This document shows positions 27,774 through 36,724 of a DNA stretch of 64,000 bases, one piece after another. How positions within the stretch are numbered: position 1 is the first letter of the stretch; each line of letters begins with the position of its first letter. The translations under genes and the position numbers were made by a program. Below the pieces are notes generated by a model. The model was not told the origin of the DNA. It searched no databases and was given only the letters and a program-made list of their open reading frames with translations. The DNA is from a virus: positions 3,998-67,997 of IMG/VR virus record IMGVR_UViG_3300018049_000017; one strand, given 5' to 3'.

Positions 27774-28522
27774 AGAGAATTATACCATTTTTCAAATGTA
27801 CCACTTAAATATTCGTTACAAAGCCTCAAATGTGCTTCAGAATCATAGTGTCCATCACCGGGAACGGGTGAAATGTTGTTTTCTTCAAAAAATCCTCCTT
27901 CATTCATGCAATTTTGCTCTATATAGGTAACATCGTCAAGTATCCATCGGTATTGAGGTAGTAGATAACTGCTTTTCAACGGTTCATTCCATGAGAAAGC
28001 TAAAAGTTTCTTGTTGAACTTGTTGCAAATAGTGATAAAGTTCATAAGATTTTGGTTTGAATAGTTTTTCATCCAATTCGACAGAGCAATTTCCCTAAAA
28101 ATAAACTTGTGTATGTTTTGAGTCGGGTAGTTTGGCTTAAAGTGGTCCATAAATGGGGTTCCGAACTTCTTATCGCTTTGAATATTATGCCAAGTATACA
28201 TTCCTATGTGTTTGACCCTTGCTCCATTGTGTTCTTTATCCTCTTCCCACTGCCATTCCTTGTTATCCCAGTGTCTAAACCCAAGAGTTAACCTTGTCGC
28301 ACCAGAAATTTGACATATTACACCGTCGATTTCGTGTTCTTCCAGGTCATATAGCAGTTTATCGATGTACATTCCTACATTTGCTCCGGGAGACGCTCGT
28401 TGTATTAGTTTGAAGTCGAATTTTTCCGCTAAATGTTTACACCAAGGCTTACCTTTAGTGTTTCCTACTGCTCCAAAATCATCAGATGAGTGGGAGCATC
28501 CATAAACCGCTATAGTTTTCAT
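27770..28522 (-). CDS. SGNH-like protein
   Basis: YGCSHS, SPGAN and DGHYDSEAH motifs. Confidence 0.75.
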   Translation of the reverse strand: MKTIAVYGCSHSSDDFGAVGNTKGKPWCKHLAEKFDFKLIQRASPGANVGMYIDKLLYDLEEHEIDGVICQISGATRLTLGFRHWDNKEWQWEEDKEHNGARVKHIGMYTWHNIQSDKKFGTPFMDHFKPNYPTQNIHKFIFREIALSNWMKNYSNQNLMNFITICNKFNKKLLAFSWNEPLKSSYLLPQYRWILDDVTYIEQNCMNEGGFFEENNISPVPGDGHYDSEAHLRLCNEYLSGTFEKWYNSL

Positions 28523-28998
28523 AATAATTGTGGGTTTTTAGGGACAGTCCACATGTTTAAAGAGAATCTCCTTCCTTTTGTAATGGTTTCTACACTATGA
28601 TACACAGAGTTGCCGTTAAAAGTTAGTAGGTCTCCTTGATTTAGGGTAATTTTTTCCTTGCTAGTGCTCACAACAAACCTTCCTCCTTCGTAATTTTCGT
28701 TCAAACTAGCTACAAAAGTGAAAGAGCTATCAGTATCTATATGCTTAGGTAGTTTGCTCCCTTCTTCATATACGGTTATATTGATCCAAGTAATGGTGTG
28801 TTCATACCCAACTAGGGGGGAAAATTTTGCGGAAATTTCTTTATATAGGGGGGTTTCTGGTGGAAGTGTAAATACATTAGTTCCGTATCTGGACTGTCTT
28901 TGGTCTAATCTATTATTACTGGTAAAATGTTCTTTATAATTCTCAATAAGATCACTACACCAGTCATAATCTAAAAATTTTCTATGTACTTGTACCAT
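28519..28998 (-). CDS. 2OG-Fe(II) oxygenase, prolyl-hydroxylase-like
   Basis: HID, LNENYEGG and HSV..I..G.R motifs. Ends PQLL. Confidence 0.9.
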   Translation of the reverse strand: MVQVHRKFLDYDWCSDLIENYKEHFTSNNRLDQRQSRYGTNVFTLPPETPLYKEISAKFSPLVGYEHTITWINITVYEEGSKLPKHIDTDSSFTFVASLNENYEGGRFVVSTSKEKITLNQGDLLTFNGNSVYHSVETITKGRRFSLNMWTVPKNPQLL

Positions 28999-29152
28999 TT
29001 ATCTTTTCCTTAACTTTAGATAAAGCAAGATCATACGCCAGTTGCAACTCTATATTAGGTTTTTCTTCCCTAATTGCTGTAACGTGTTTGAAAAGCTCGG
29101 TCCTCACTCCAAGCTCGTGTGCTTCCCATACTATATCTTCAATAGCTGACAT
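28982..29152 (-). CDS. 56-aa hypothetical protein (not in ORF track)
   Basis: MSAIEDIVWEAHELGVRTELF...GTST*, behind a minus-strand promoter. Confidence 0.7.
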   Translation of the reverse strand: MSAIEDIVWEAHELGVRTELFKHVTAIREEKPNIELQLAYDLALSKVKEKINGTST

Positions 29153-29170
29153 AAAAACTCCTTATATAAA

Positions 29171-29201
29171 TAAATATAAGAAATAACAAGTTTAGAACCA
29201 A
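29171..29201 (-). promoter_or_regulatory. Bacteroidota-type promoter on the minus strand
   Basis: Reverse complement reads TTG-N20-TATATTTA and faces the four-gene minus-strand cassette. Confidence 0.75.
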
Positions 29202-29217
29202 CTACTATTTATCAAAT

Positions 29218-29676
29218 ATGAAGCAGATGGACCCACATACACTATTCTCCATCTTTGAGGCTGGGGATGAGGAGATCTACAAAGAAAATAACGTTGAAGA
29301 GTTATTAGAAAATCCGTATGTGCTAATGGGAATGGTTCTAAGAGGTGTAGAGAATTGGTATATAATGGATGGTATGTATATAAGAACATACCCAGAAGAT
29401 TATAAACGTGTAAGAAAGCTAATAAAGTATAAATACTATAATAAGCTTTTTGGTTATTTAAATAGAATACCTAATGATAAGTTTGATACTATATACAAAA
29501 TAGGTGAAGCTTTTGAATCTGTTAATATACAAAAAGGTTTAAGTGACTTATTATACTTCTATCAAGATTTAGAAGAGTATGAGAAGTGTTCTGTTATAAA
29601 GAATTATATAGATTTACTTTCACATGAGATAATAACTCAAGGCTTACTAAAAAGCACCGGTATAGAAATACCATAA
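29218..29676 (+). CDS. hypothetical protein with C-terminal EEYEKC motif
   Basis: Clean ORF preceded by TATTTATC at 29206. Confidence 0.7.
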   Translation: MKQMDPHTLFSIFEAGDEEIYKENNVEELLENPYVLMGMVLRGVENWYIMDGMYIRTYPEDYKRVRKLIKYKYYNKLFGYLNRIPNDKFDTIYKIGEAFESVNIQKGLSDLLYFYQDLEEYEKCSVIKNYIDLLSHEIITQGLLKSTGIEIP

Positions 29677-29681
29677 AAAAG

Positions 29682-29712
29682 TTGTTAGTCTGCATTTTTT
29701 TTCGTATATTTA
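29682..29712 (+). promoter_or_regulatory. early promoter
   Basis: TTG(29682)-N20-TATATTTA(29705), then AAAGGTT-ATG. Confidence 0.75.
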
Positions 29713-29729
29713 AGTATTAAATAAAGGTT

Positions 29730-29945
29730 ATGATTATAGATAAATTAAAATCTAAAGTACTTACCTACCTGTTCAAGGATTGGGTTGCAAACGAATACGA
29801 TTTAGAAACATTAGAACTTACTAAAGGAATGATCAATAATAGAGAGGTTATGCTTAAAACTATTATAGATAAAGTTCAACATAAACCTGTACTAGGGTTT
29901 AGACAACATATTAAACCTAAGAGACGTGGGAGTAAAAAGAATTAG
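29730..29945 (+). CDS. hypothetical protein
   Basis: ORF behind the promoter. Confidence 0.65.
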   Translation: MIIDKLKSKVLTYLFKDWVANEYDLETLELTKGMINNREVMLKTIIDKVQHKPVLGFRQHIKPKRRGSKKN

Positions 29946-30435
29946 TATAAAAGAAGCTCAAGAGTTAATCAAAGTCTCTGATGATCAAACCGGCGCAGAG
30001 GCCGTATATTTTACGCTTACACCTTCTACTGATCCTCAGAAGTCAGCCGAAGGCTGGGAAGATGTGACTTACTACACTAATAGAAAGCGTAAGTTATCTA
30101 TCCCGAAGGGTATGGCTGGAAGTCAATGGATATATGTATTAACTAATGAAACGATGCCAGGCTTGGTAAAGATAGGTTATACAAAGAATAAACCGTCTGA
30201 AAGGGTTAAACAAATTAATAGTGCTACTGGAGTAGCTCAAGACTTCGTAGTAGAATGGGCTTATCCTTGTTTTAATGCTCACGATTTAGAGAAAGAAATA
30301 CACAATTACCTACAAATAGAAGGATTTAGAGTAAATAATAGAAAAGAGTTCTTTACCTTATCTGTAGAAGAAGCTAAGTCTGTTGTAGAAAGAATAGGCC
30401 AACCTTATAAAATGGAATCTGATGAAATCATTTAG
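29926..30435 (+). CDS. T5orf172 / GIY-YIG domain protein
   Basis: IYVLTNETMPGLVKIGYT..P.ER..Q, LEKEIH and KEFF motifs. Confidence 0.85.
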   Translation: MGVKRISIKEAQELIKVSDDQTGAEAVYFTLTPSTDPQKSAEGWEDVTYYTNRKRKLSIPKGMAGSQWIYVLTNETMPGLVKIGYTKNKPSERVKQINSATGVAQDFVVEWAYPCFNAHDLEKEIHNYLQIEGFRVNNRKEFFTLSVEEAKSVVERIGQPYKMESDEII

Positions 30436-31132
30436 TAGAGATACAAAAGCTAAACTATCTCATAACCCTACTGGAGAACTAATTAAGATATTAACTCCAT
30501 GTATTAAGAAGAAAATCGCGGGAAAACTTGCGCGTTTGCGCGCGACGCTCGCCTTTGTCCTTATACTCACCTCATGCTCCATCGACCCCCTCGATCAACC
30601 CCCTTGCGAAACAGGAGATTGTGATGCAGTTGTTTTAGCTCCTTTTCAAAAAGATGAAAATGGTTATTATCATGCAACTTTAGATTGGACAAGAGAGTAT
30701 TATCCTTATTTTAATATGGATATTGAAGCTACACGTACTTCAAGACAGTATTGGTATAACGATGAACCAGTAGTACAGGCGGAGTTCGACACAGATACGT
30801 ATTTCGTATTAAGTGACTCTGTTGCTTTTACTATCCCTCTCTATAGACCCTACTTAGGTTTATGGACTTATGACGGTACTCCTATACCTTATGAAAATAC
30901 AACAATATATTTAAGTCAGTTTGAAGGCACTATTGTACCCGTTGTACAGAATGATACTAGAATTTACTTTAGTGATGATGAAGTTGGAAGGTTTACTACT
31001 CGAAGAGTTGTTGGGCCTTTTCCTCCTACAGTGATTGGAGATACCATTACTATATTCATGAAGGTAAAATGGGATTTAGGAAGTGAAATTTTAAGTAGAG
31101 AGAACTTTGTTGAAAAATTTATTATAAAATAG
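30422..31132 (+). CDS. putative lipoprotein
   Basis: LAFVLILTS-C lipobox after an unusually long basic N-region. Confidence 0.55.
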   Translation: MKSFSRDTKAKLSHNPTGELIKILTPCIKKKIAGKLARLRATLAFVLILTSCSIDPLDQPPCETGDCDAVVLAPFQKDENGYYHATLDWTREYYPYFNMDIEATRTSRQYWYNDEPVVQAEFDTDTYFVLSDSVAFTIPLYRPYLGLWTYDGTPIPYENTTIYLSQFEGTIVPVVQNDTRIYFSDDEVGRFTTRRVVGPFPPTVIGDTITIFMKVKWDLGSEILSRENFVEKFIIK

Positions 31133-31163
31133 TTGCCTTTCTGCAAAATTTTATATATCTTCA
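31133..31163 (+). promoter_or_regulatory. variant early promoter
   Basis: AGTTG...CTGC spacer as in the other copies, -7 element reads TATCTTCA. Confidence 0.5.
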
Positions 31164-31260
31164 ATATATAGATTATATAAAGATATATTATTTATAAGAT
31201 ATTAAAATATATAGATATATAAATATATAAAAATATATAAGATATATGTATATTAAAAAA
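31164..31260. repeat. very AT-rich tract with repeated A(G/A)ATATAT units
   Basis: About 97 bp with no C and only a few G. Confidence 0.8.
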
Positions 31261-31287
31261 GGCGTATCATATTAAACACCTAGCTAA

Positions 31288-32019
31288 ATGTTACAAGCAG
31301 AACAAATACAAAAAAATTACGATAAACACTTAAAAATAGTCGAACACTATATCACCGAACGAAAACAAGCAGTTCTTGATATGATATCTCACATAGGAGA
31401 CGAATATGTTATAGCACCCGCCAGTTCTAAAAGTTGGTTTCATAGTGCATACGCAGGTGGGTATGTGGATCATGTCAATAGAGTAGTGGAATATGCAGTG
31501 AAGCAAATGAAGTTGTACGCCGAAATGGGAGGAGAAGTAGATTTTACCGAAGAGGAGTTAGTCTTTGCTGCATTATTCCATGATCTAGGTAAACTAGGTA
31601 ATGGAGACATACCTAACTATATACCTCAGACGGATAAATGGAGACAAGATAAGCTTTCAGAGATGTATACCTACAATCCAGAATTAGACTTTATGCTTAT
31701 CCCAGACAGATCTTTATTTATCTTACAGAAATTCGGTATAAAAGTTAATCAAAAAGAGTGGTTAGGTATTAGACTACATGATGGTGTGTTTGATAAAGCT
31801 AATGAAGCGTACTTTTTCAGTAACGTTGAAAGCTCTAGACAAAAAACATCAATAGTATCGGTTCTTCACTCCGCAGACTTTCTAGCTTCTAAGGTAGAGT
31901 ATGATATGTGGAAGAGAGCAGGCGGTACTACTATACCTAAAGCTAAAAAATCGCAATCCTCTACGGGTAAGAGAGTAAATTCTTCTCCAGGATTAGCTAA
32001 TATGTTAAAAAATATTTAA
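31288..32019 (+). CDS. HD-domain phosphohydrolase (YhaM-like)
   Basis: APAS...HSAYAGG..DH, FHDLGK, HDG and LH.AD motifs. Confidence 0.85.
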   Translation: MLQAEQIQKNYDKHLKIVEHYITERKQAVLDMISHIGDEYVIAPASSKSWFHSAYAGGYVDHVNRVVEYAVKQMKLYAEMGGEVDFTEEELVFAALFHDLGKLGNGDIPNYIPQTDKWRQDKLSEMYTYNPELDFMLIPDRSLFILQKFGIKVNQKEWLGIRLHDGVFDKANEAYFFSNVESSRQKTSIVSVLHSADFLASKVEYDMWKRAGGTTIPKAKKSQSSTGKRVNSSPGLANMLKNI

Positions 32020-32022
32020 AAA

Positions 32023-32331
32023 ATGTTGGTAACAGAAATTATAATTACTATATTATCTATTGTATTATTAATTTTAATATACATAATTCGCAATCTCATG
32101 ATTAAAGTAGAGAAATATGAAGATGTAACAGTTGATCAAACAACTTACCTTCAGAATATCTCAGACATAATTGGGGATTCAAAAAAGCACCTTAAAAGTC
32201 TCGACGAGAGTGGGGTATTCCAGGCAGATGATGAGGTCGGTTATTTCTTTGAACAAATGAAACTAGTACAAGAAGAGCTAGACCGATACATGCTCCCGGA
32301 AAATTATGGCGAGAAAGAAAAGCAGCAATAA
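32023..32331 (+). CDS. N-terminally anchored membrane protein
   Basis: Hydrophobic first 22 aa, DDEVG.FF motif. Confidence 0.7.
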   Translation: MLVTEIIITILSIVLLILIYIIRNLMIKVEKYEDVTVDQTTYLQNISDIIGDSKKHLKSLDESGVFQADDEVGYFFEQMKLVQEELDRYMLPENYGEKEKQQ

Positions 32332-33013
32332 CTACTTTACTAAAGAGACAGAAGACTACATTGTAAAATATAATAACTCAACCGATTCAGATTATCGAGC
32401 TAAAATATTTACAGAACACATTTACTTTCCTTTTTATAAGTTAGCAGAGAACATTATACACACCTTTAAGTTCTACTATACAGACGTAGAACAGATAGAA
32501 GACTTAAAGCATGAAGTTGTAACAGTCCTTTTAGAGGAGAAAATAGATAAATTCGATCCTACAAATGGTGCAAAAGCGTATTCTTATTTTGGCACTATAG
32601 TAAAGAGGTGGTTAATAAACTACAACAATAAGAATTATAAGAAGCTTAAACAGATAGGCTCCTTCGACGATATTCAAGAATCATATGATCCATCTGAAGA
32701 AAGAAAAGAAGGGTATGAGCAGGTACTAAGTAATTTTATAGACGAGTGGGTAGATGAGCAATACCTAGTTATAGATGAACATTTTACAAGACAGAACGAA
32801 AAAAAGATAGCAGACGCAGTTTTAACTATTTTTAAAACCCGACACGATTTAGAAATATTTAAGAAAAAAGCTCTTTATATCTATATAAGAGAAATGACAG
32901 ACTGCGAAACCCCTCATCTTACTAGAGTTATATCCAAACTCAAACAAACGTTTTATACAAAATATCAAAAAGCCTACGATGAAGGTCATTTTGAAGAATA
33001 TACTGCCAACTAA
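32306..33013 (+). CDS. phage sigma-like late transcription factor (T4 gp55-like)
   Basis: KLAENII and KFDP..GAKAYSYFGTIVKRWL resemble sigma region 2. Lies just before the structural block. Confidence 0.6.
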   Translation: MARKKSSNNYFTKETEDYIVKYNNSTDSDYRAKIFTEHIYFPFYKLAENIIHTFKFYYTDVEQIEDLKHEVVTVLLEEKIDKFDPTNGAKAYSYFGTIVKRWLINYNNKNYKKLKQIGSFDDIQESYDPSEERKEGYEQVLSNFIDEWVDEQYLVIDEHFTRQNEKKIADAVLTIFKTRHDLEIFKKKALYIYIREMTDCETPHLTRVISKLKQTFYTKYQKAYDEGHFEEYTAN

Positions 33014-33015
33014 GA

Positions 33016-33027
33016 TATTTATAAATA
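33016..33027 (+). promoter_or_regulatory. candidate late promoter (palindromic TATTTATAAATA)
   Basis: Heads the baseplate operon. The same TATTTAT core precedes many other late ORFs. Confidence 0.6.
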
Positions 33028-33034
33028 AAATATT

Positions 33035-33406
33035 ATGGCACTAGATAAGACAATTTTTGGCGACAAGAAACTATCTGACCTTTTCCAAGAGATACACGAC
33101 AACTCTACTAAAACAAGAACTCAGGTTTCTGCTTTAATATCTGAGCTAAAACCTCTTATAGAAAATATAGGAGACGCTACTCTCATAGTACCTATGATTA
33201 AAGAGTATATGGAAATAGGTGTAAAGAACGATGAACACCTAATTAAAATGGCTGCAATTATACAGAGAATAGAAGCTGTCCAAGCTAAAGGAGGAGACGG
33301 AGATATGTTCGATCCATCAGAATTAGCAGACCTTCTTGCAGATATGGAAGAAAATGAAGAGAGATTAGAAGAAGTTAAAGGAGAAGATACAGAAAGTGAA
33401 GATTAA
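33035..33406 (+). CDS. helical hypothetical protein (small-terminase-like size, unproven)
   Basis: Amphipathic helices and acidic tail. No diagnostic motif. Confidence 0.55.
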   Translation: MALDKTIFGDKKLSDLFQEIHDNSTKTRTQVSALISELKPLIENIGDATLIVPMIKEYMEIGVKNDEHLIKMAAIIQRIEAVQAKGGDGDMFDPSELADLLADMEENEERLEEVKGEDTESED

Positions 33407-34547
33407 CAGCTTAGGACTTAGTAATATAGTAAAGGATAAATCAACCTCTACAGCTCAGGAACTTATACAGTTTCCTGCAAGAGTTGTTGATATAATACTT
33501 AACGACCAACACCCTGAAGTGTCTGATGGTTCATTAGAAGCGTCTGAAGCTCTTGGAGCAATTAAATTTAGACCCTTACACCTAAAGGTAGATGAATCAG
33601 ATCCTACTATATTAGAAGTTGCTTACCCTATTGATAGTAATTTTAAAAACTACCCACTGTTAAACGAAATAGTATTCGTAACGCCTGCTCCATCTTTAGA
33701 TAGAGGAGAGGATGGACAAGTACGAAATACAAGGTACTATTACAAAACTGTAATAAACCTTTGGAACAACCCACATCATAACGCATGGCCAGATCAACTA
33801 CAAAACCCAGGCGAACCTGATTTAGGGTATAACTTTGAAGATAAATCTAATGTAGCCCCACTATTGCCATCTCAAGGAGATGTTATTATAGAAGGTAGAC
33901 AAGGACAAACTTTAAGATTTACTGGAACTGATTTTGAGAAAAAATTTGTAGAAGTAAATGATCAAAAACCAATTACCATAATCAGTAACGGAAAACCTGG
34001 AGGTGACCCAAGCACACCGGTGATTGAAAACATAGACGATGACCCGGCATCTATATACATGGTTGAAGATCATACAGTAAAGCTAACACAAGCTAATGAA
34101 AAAAGAGATGCATGGGATAGCGAACCAGATAAAGCAGACGCATATCAAGGTGCTCAAGTTCTTATTAACTCAGGGAGACTATTCTTTAACGCAAAAGAAG
34201 AAAGTATACTACTATCGGGAACTGAAGCGATTGGAGGAAACGCCAAGACAGTTTCTTGGGACGGTGAAGAGTATGTAGCTCTTGATGCTACTAAGGTTTA
34301 TCTTGGAACAGAAGCATTTAATGAAAGAGAACCAGTACTACTTGGGGCAACAACTCAAGACTGGATGAAACAATTATTATCTGAATTAGAAAGGTTAGGT
34401 AAAGCATTAGCAGCAGTAGCACCGGCAGGATCCTCTGCAGCAGGATTAACACAAATCAAGACACATGGAGCTTCTATGGCTGCTCCACTAGCACAGATTA
34501 AAAAAGCTATAGACGACTTAGATTCATTAAAAGTATTTACAGAGTAG
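33396..34547 (+). CDS. baseplate hub/spike protein (gp5/VgrG-like)
   Basis: YPLLNEIV (OB-fold-like), GDVIIEGRQGQTLRF, EPVLLG. Upstream of gp25/gp6-like genes. Confidence 0.6.
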   Translation: MKINSLGLSNIVKDKSTSTAQELIQFPARVVDIILNDQHPEVSDGSLEASEALGAIKFRPLHLKVDESDPTILEVAYPIDSNFKNYPLLNEIVFVTPAPSLDRGEDGQVRNTRYYYKTVINLWNNPHHNAWPDQLQNPGEPDLGYNFEDKSNVAPLLPSQGDVIIEGRQGQTLRFTGTDFEKKFVEVNDQKPITIISNGKPGGDPSTPVIENIDDDPASIYMVEDHTVKLTQANEKRDAWDSEPDKADAYQGAQVLINSGRLFFNAKEESILLSGTEAIGGNAKTVSWDGEEYVALDATKVYLGTEAFNEREPVLLGATTQDWMKQLLSELERLGKALAAVAPAGSSAAGLTQIKTHGASMAAPLAQIKKAIDDLDSLKVFTE

Positions 34548-34548
34548 T

Positions 34549-35841
34549 ATGCCGTTTGAAAAGTTTAAACCACCTAAATTACATGGAGCTATCGGTAATC
34601 AAATCGGTAAAGCTCAAGGTGTGATTATTGCTAAGGCTTACAAGACCGTAACTCAAGCTACTAACAAAATGAGAGCTAAAGGGTGTCCACCACCTGATGA
34701 GCTTAAAAAAGTAGAATCACAGCTTAAAGGATTAAGCTCACTATCCGGAACTTTAGTTAGTAATGTAGCAAAGTTTAAATCTATACCGCCTTCAATAAAA
34801 GCACCGGTATCTGGATTGAAAGCAGCTCTTAAAATTATACTTACACTACCTATACCACAAGCTATCGGTATTCCCCCAGGCCCTCCTGGTGGTTTAATAT
34901 TTGCACAACCAGCTAAATTTACAACCAAGTTTGCCGATACTATGAACCTACTAAAAGAGTTTATTGCATCAGCAGAAATAACCGTTGATGCTATAGAACT
35001 ATCCCTTAAACAAATTGACATAGCATCAGCTACAGTAGCTTCTAGAATTAAAGACTTAGAAACCCCAGTTAAAGCTTGTAAAATAAATCAAGTACTAGAA
35101 GAGAAGTTAACAAAAGAACAAGCCGGTAAACTAGGGCTTTTAGATAAAGACGGAAATTTAATTACCTCTACATTAGGCTCATTAACACTGGAAAAGGATA
35201 GTAGTAGGCCTGCATCAGAACAACTTAAACTAGACCTTAGTAATAAACTAGGGATCGATGTGAACCTTAAAGGGTCTATCAACATAGATGATATAAAAAT
35301 AGAAAATTTAGACGAAGGTGATGCATTTAGGTTAACTCCTCCCGGTACCTATAAAACCGATTTAGGTGAAACAAAAGAAATTACAGGTAAAGAAATAGGA
35401 GTTTTTGATGGCAACAAGATAACTATTAATGAAAACGAATCACTTAAACCAGGAGGTTTAACTGGTAAAGCAGTAGCTTTAGCTCAGTTTGAAAACGCTC
35501 TTAATAACATTTCAGACAGACTTAACGCTATTTCTGACGGACTAGCTCAATCTACAGATTTATCTGTTGAGGAACTAGAAGACTTAAAGGAAGCACTATC
35601 AGACATTAACGAAGACTTAGTAACTACTGAATCTGAAGCAACATCTGTAGGCGACTTCACCTATAAGGGATACACGTTGAGAATCGTTAGAGATTCCAAC
35701 TCACCTGCTTTAGCTCCTAAGCATTTTGCTATAGCAATTAAAGACGGTAAAACAAGATTAAAAGGACCTTCTTCTTTTAGTTCATCAAAAGATGTACTAT
35801 TAGACGAAATAAAATTTAGAATAGACAATCAACTTTCTTAA
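34549..35841 (+). CDS. hypothetical, probably virion-associated helical protein
   Basis: Lies within the baseplate operon. Confidence 0.6.
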   Translation: MPFEKFKPPKLHGAIGNQIGKAQGVIIAKAYKTVTQATNKMRAKGCPPPDELKKVESQLKGLSSLSGTLVSNVAKFKSIPPSIKAPVSGLKAALKIILTLPIPQAIGIPPGPPGGLIFAQPAKFTTKFADTMNLLKEFIASAEITVDAIELSLKQIDIASATVASRIKDLETPVKACKINQVLEEKLTKEQAGKLGLLDKDGNLITSTLGSLTLEKDSSRPASEQLKLDLSNKLGIDVNLKGSINIDDIKIENLDEGDAFRLTPPGTYKTDLGETKEITGKEIGVFDGNKITINENESLKPGGLTGKAVALAQFENALNNISDRLNAISDGLAQSTDLSVEELEDLKEALSDINEDLVTTESEATSVGDFTYKGYTLRIVRDSNSPALAPKHFAIAIKDGKTRLKGPSSFSSSKDVLLDEIKFRIDNQLS

Positions 35842-35858
35842 CTTAACTATTTATATAT

Positions 35859-36314
35859 ATGAAACTCGATCAATTACGTAAAATTATTAGAGAAGAAGTG
35901 CGTACTGCTGTTAAGGAGGAGTTACAAGACATGTTAAACGAAGCTGTCGAATACGCCTCTAAACCAGATAAGAACGTAAACCTATACAAAGCAGACAAGA
36001 TAGGCGGGTATACTGCTGTTAAACAAAAAGATTTGAAAAGATCTTGGTCTGTAGGTAAAATGAACACTGGAACGGTTCCATTAGAAGAAATGCTAGCTGC
36101 TACTAAACAGAGTATGACCAGAGAAGATTACGGTAATGTTATGGGGACTCAACCACCGACTGCACCTAACTTTGCATCTCAAACAGCTACTAAAATGGGA
36201 CTAACAGAAGCTCCATTACCAGGTATAGATATTACTAAGCTACCTTTCATGAATAAAGCTAAAGCAATATTAGACGCTGCAATGGAAAAAGATAAAACTA
36301 GAATTAAAGGATAA
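35859..36314 (+). CDS. hypothetical late protein with MKLDQLRKIIREE start
   Basis: Preceded by TATTTATA at 35848. Confidence 0.65.
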   Translation: MKLDQLRKIIREEVRTAVKEELQDMLNEAVEYASKPDKNVNLYKADKIGGYTAVKQKDLKRSWSVGKMNTGTVPLEEMLAATKQSMTREDYGNVMGTQPPTAPNFASQTATKMGLTEAPLPGIDITKLPFMNKAKAILDAAMEKDKTRIKG

Positions 36315-36724
36315 TGGCATTTGAAGTTAAAAGAATAGACCCATTAGATTTACAGCCAAGAAAAGCTGTAGGTGTAGAGATACCTTTCTCTGCTAAAAAC
36401 GTCTTTGCTTCTAACTATCAAACTAAAGATGCTATAAAAAATAATTTAATTAACTTTTTTTTAACTAATAGAGGCGAAAGATACCTTAATCCAACTTTCG
36501 GTAGCTCATTAAGAGAAAAGTTGTTTGAACAGATAAACAGTAATACTGAGTCTGATATTGAAGGAGTAGTAGATACTGCATTAGAAGTTTATTTCCCTAG
36601 AGTAGAAAAAATAGATATGCAAGTAAACTCAAATCCGGATAATAATTTAATTTCGTTTTATTTATCATATAGAATAAGCGATACAAATATAGAAGACGAA
36701 CTTCTTATTAATATAGAAGCATAA
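36314..36724 (+). CDS. baseplate wedge protein, gp25/GPW-like
   Basis: IKNNLIN..LTNRGERY.NP.FGS.L...LFE and YFPRV motifs. Confidence 0.9.
   Translation: MAFEVKRIDPLDLQPRKAVGVEIPFSAKNVFASNYQTKDAIKNNLINFFLTNRGERYLNPTFGSSLREKLFEQINSNTESDIEGVVDTALEVYFPRVEKIDMQVNSNPDNNLISFYLSYRISDTNIEDELLINIEA

Noticed and set aside
1-30000. Bacterial LPS/capsule locus or prophage-host junction
   Set aside because: There are no flippase, polymerase or housekeeping genes and no integrase. The transferases are interleaved with phage genes and share phage promoter motifs.
29926-30435. ESDEII ending as a member of the C-terminal tag set
   Set aside because: The context is acidic, the protein is not a modifier and the end overlaps the next start, so it was counted as the background case.
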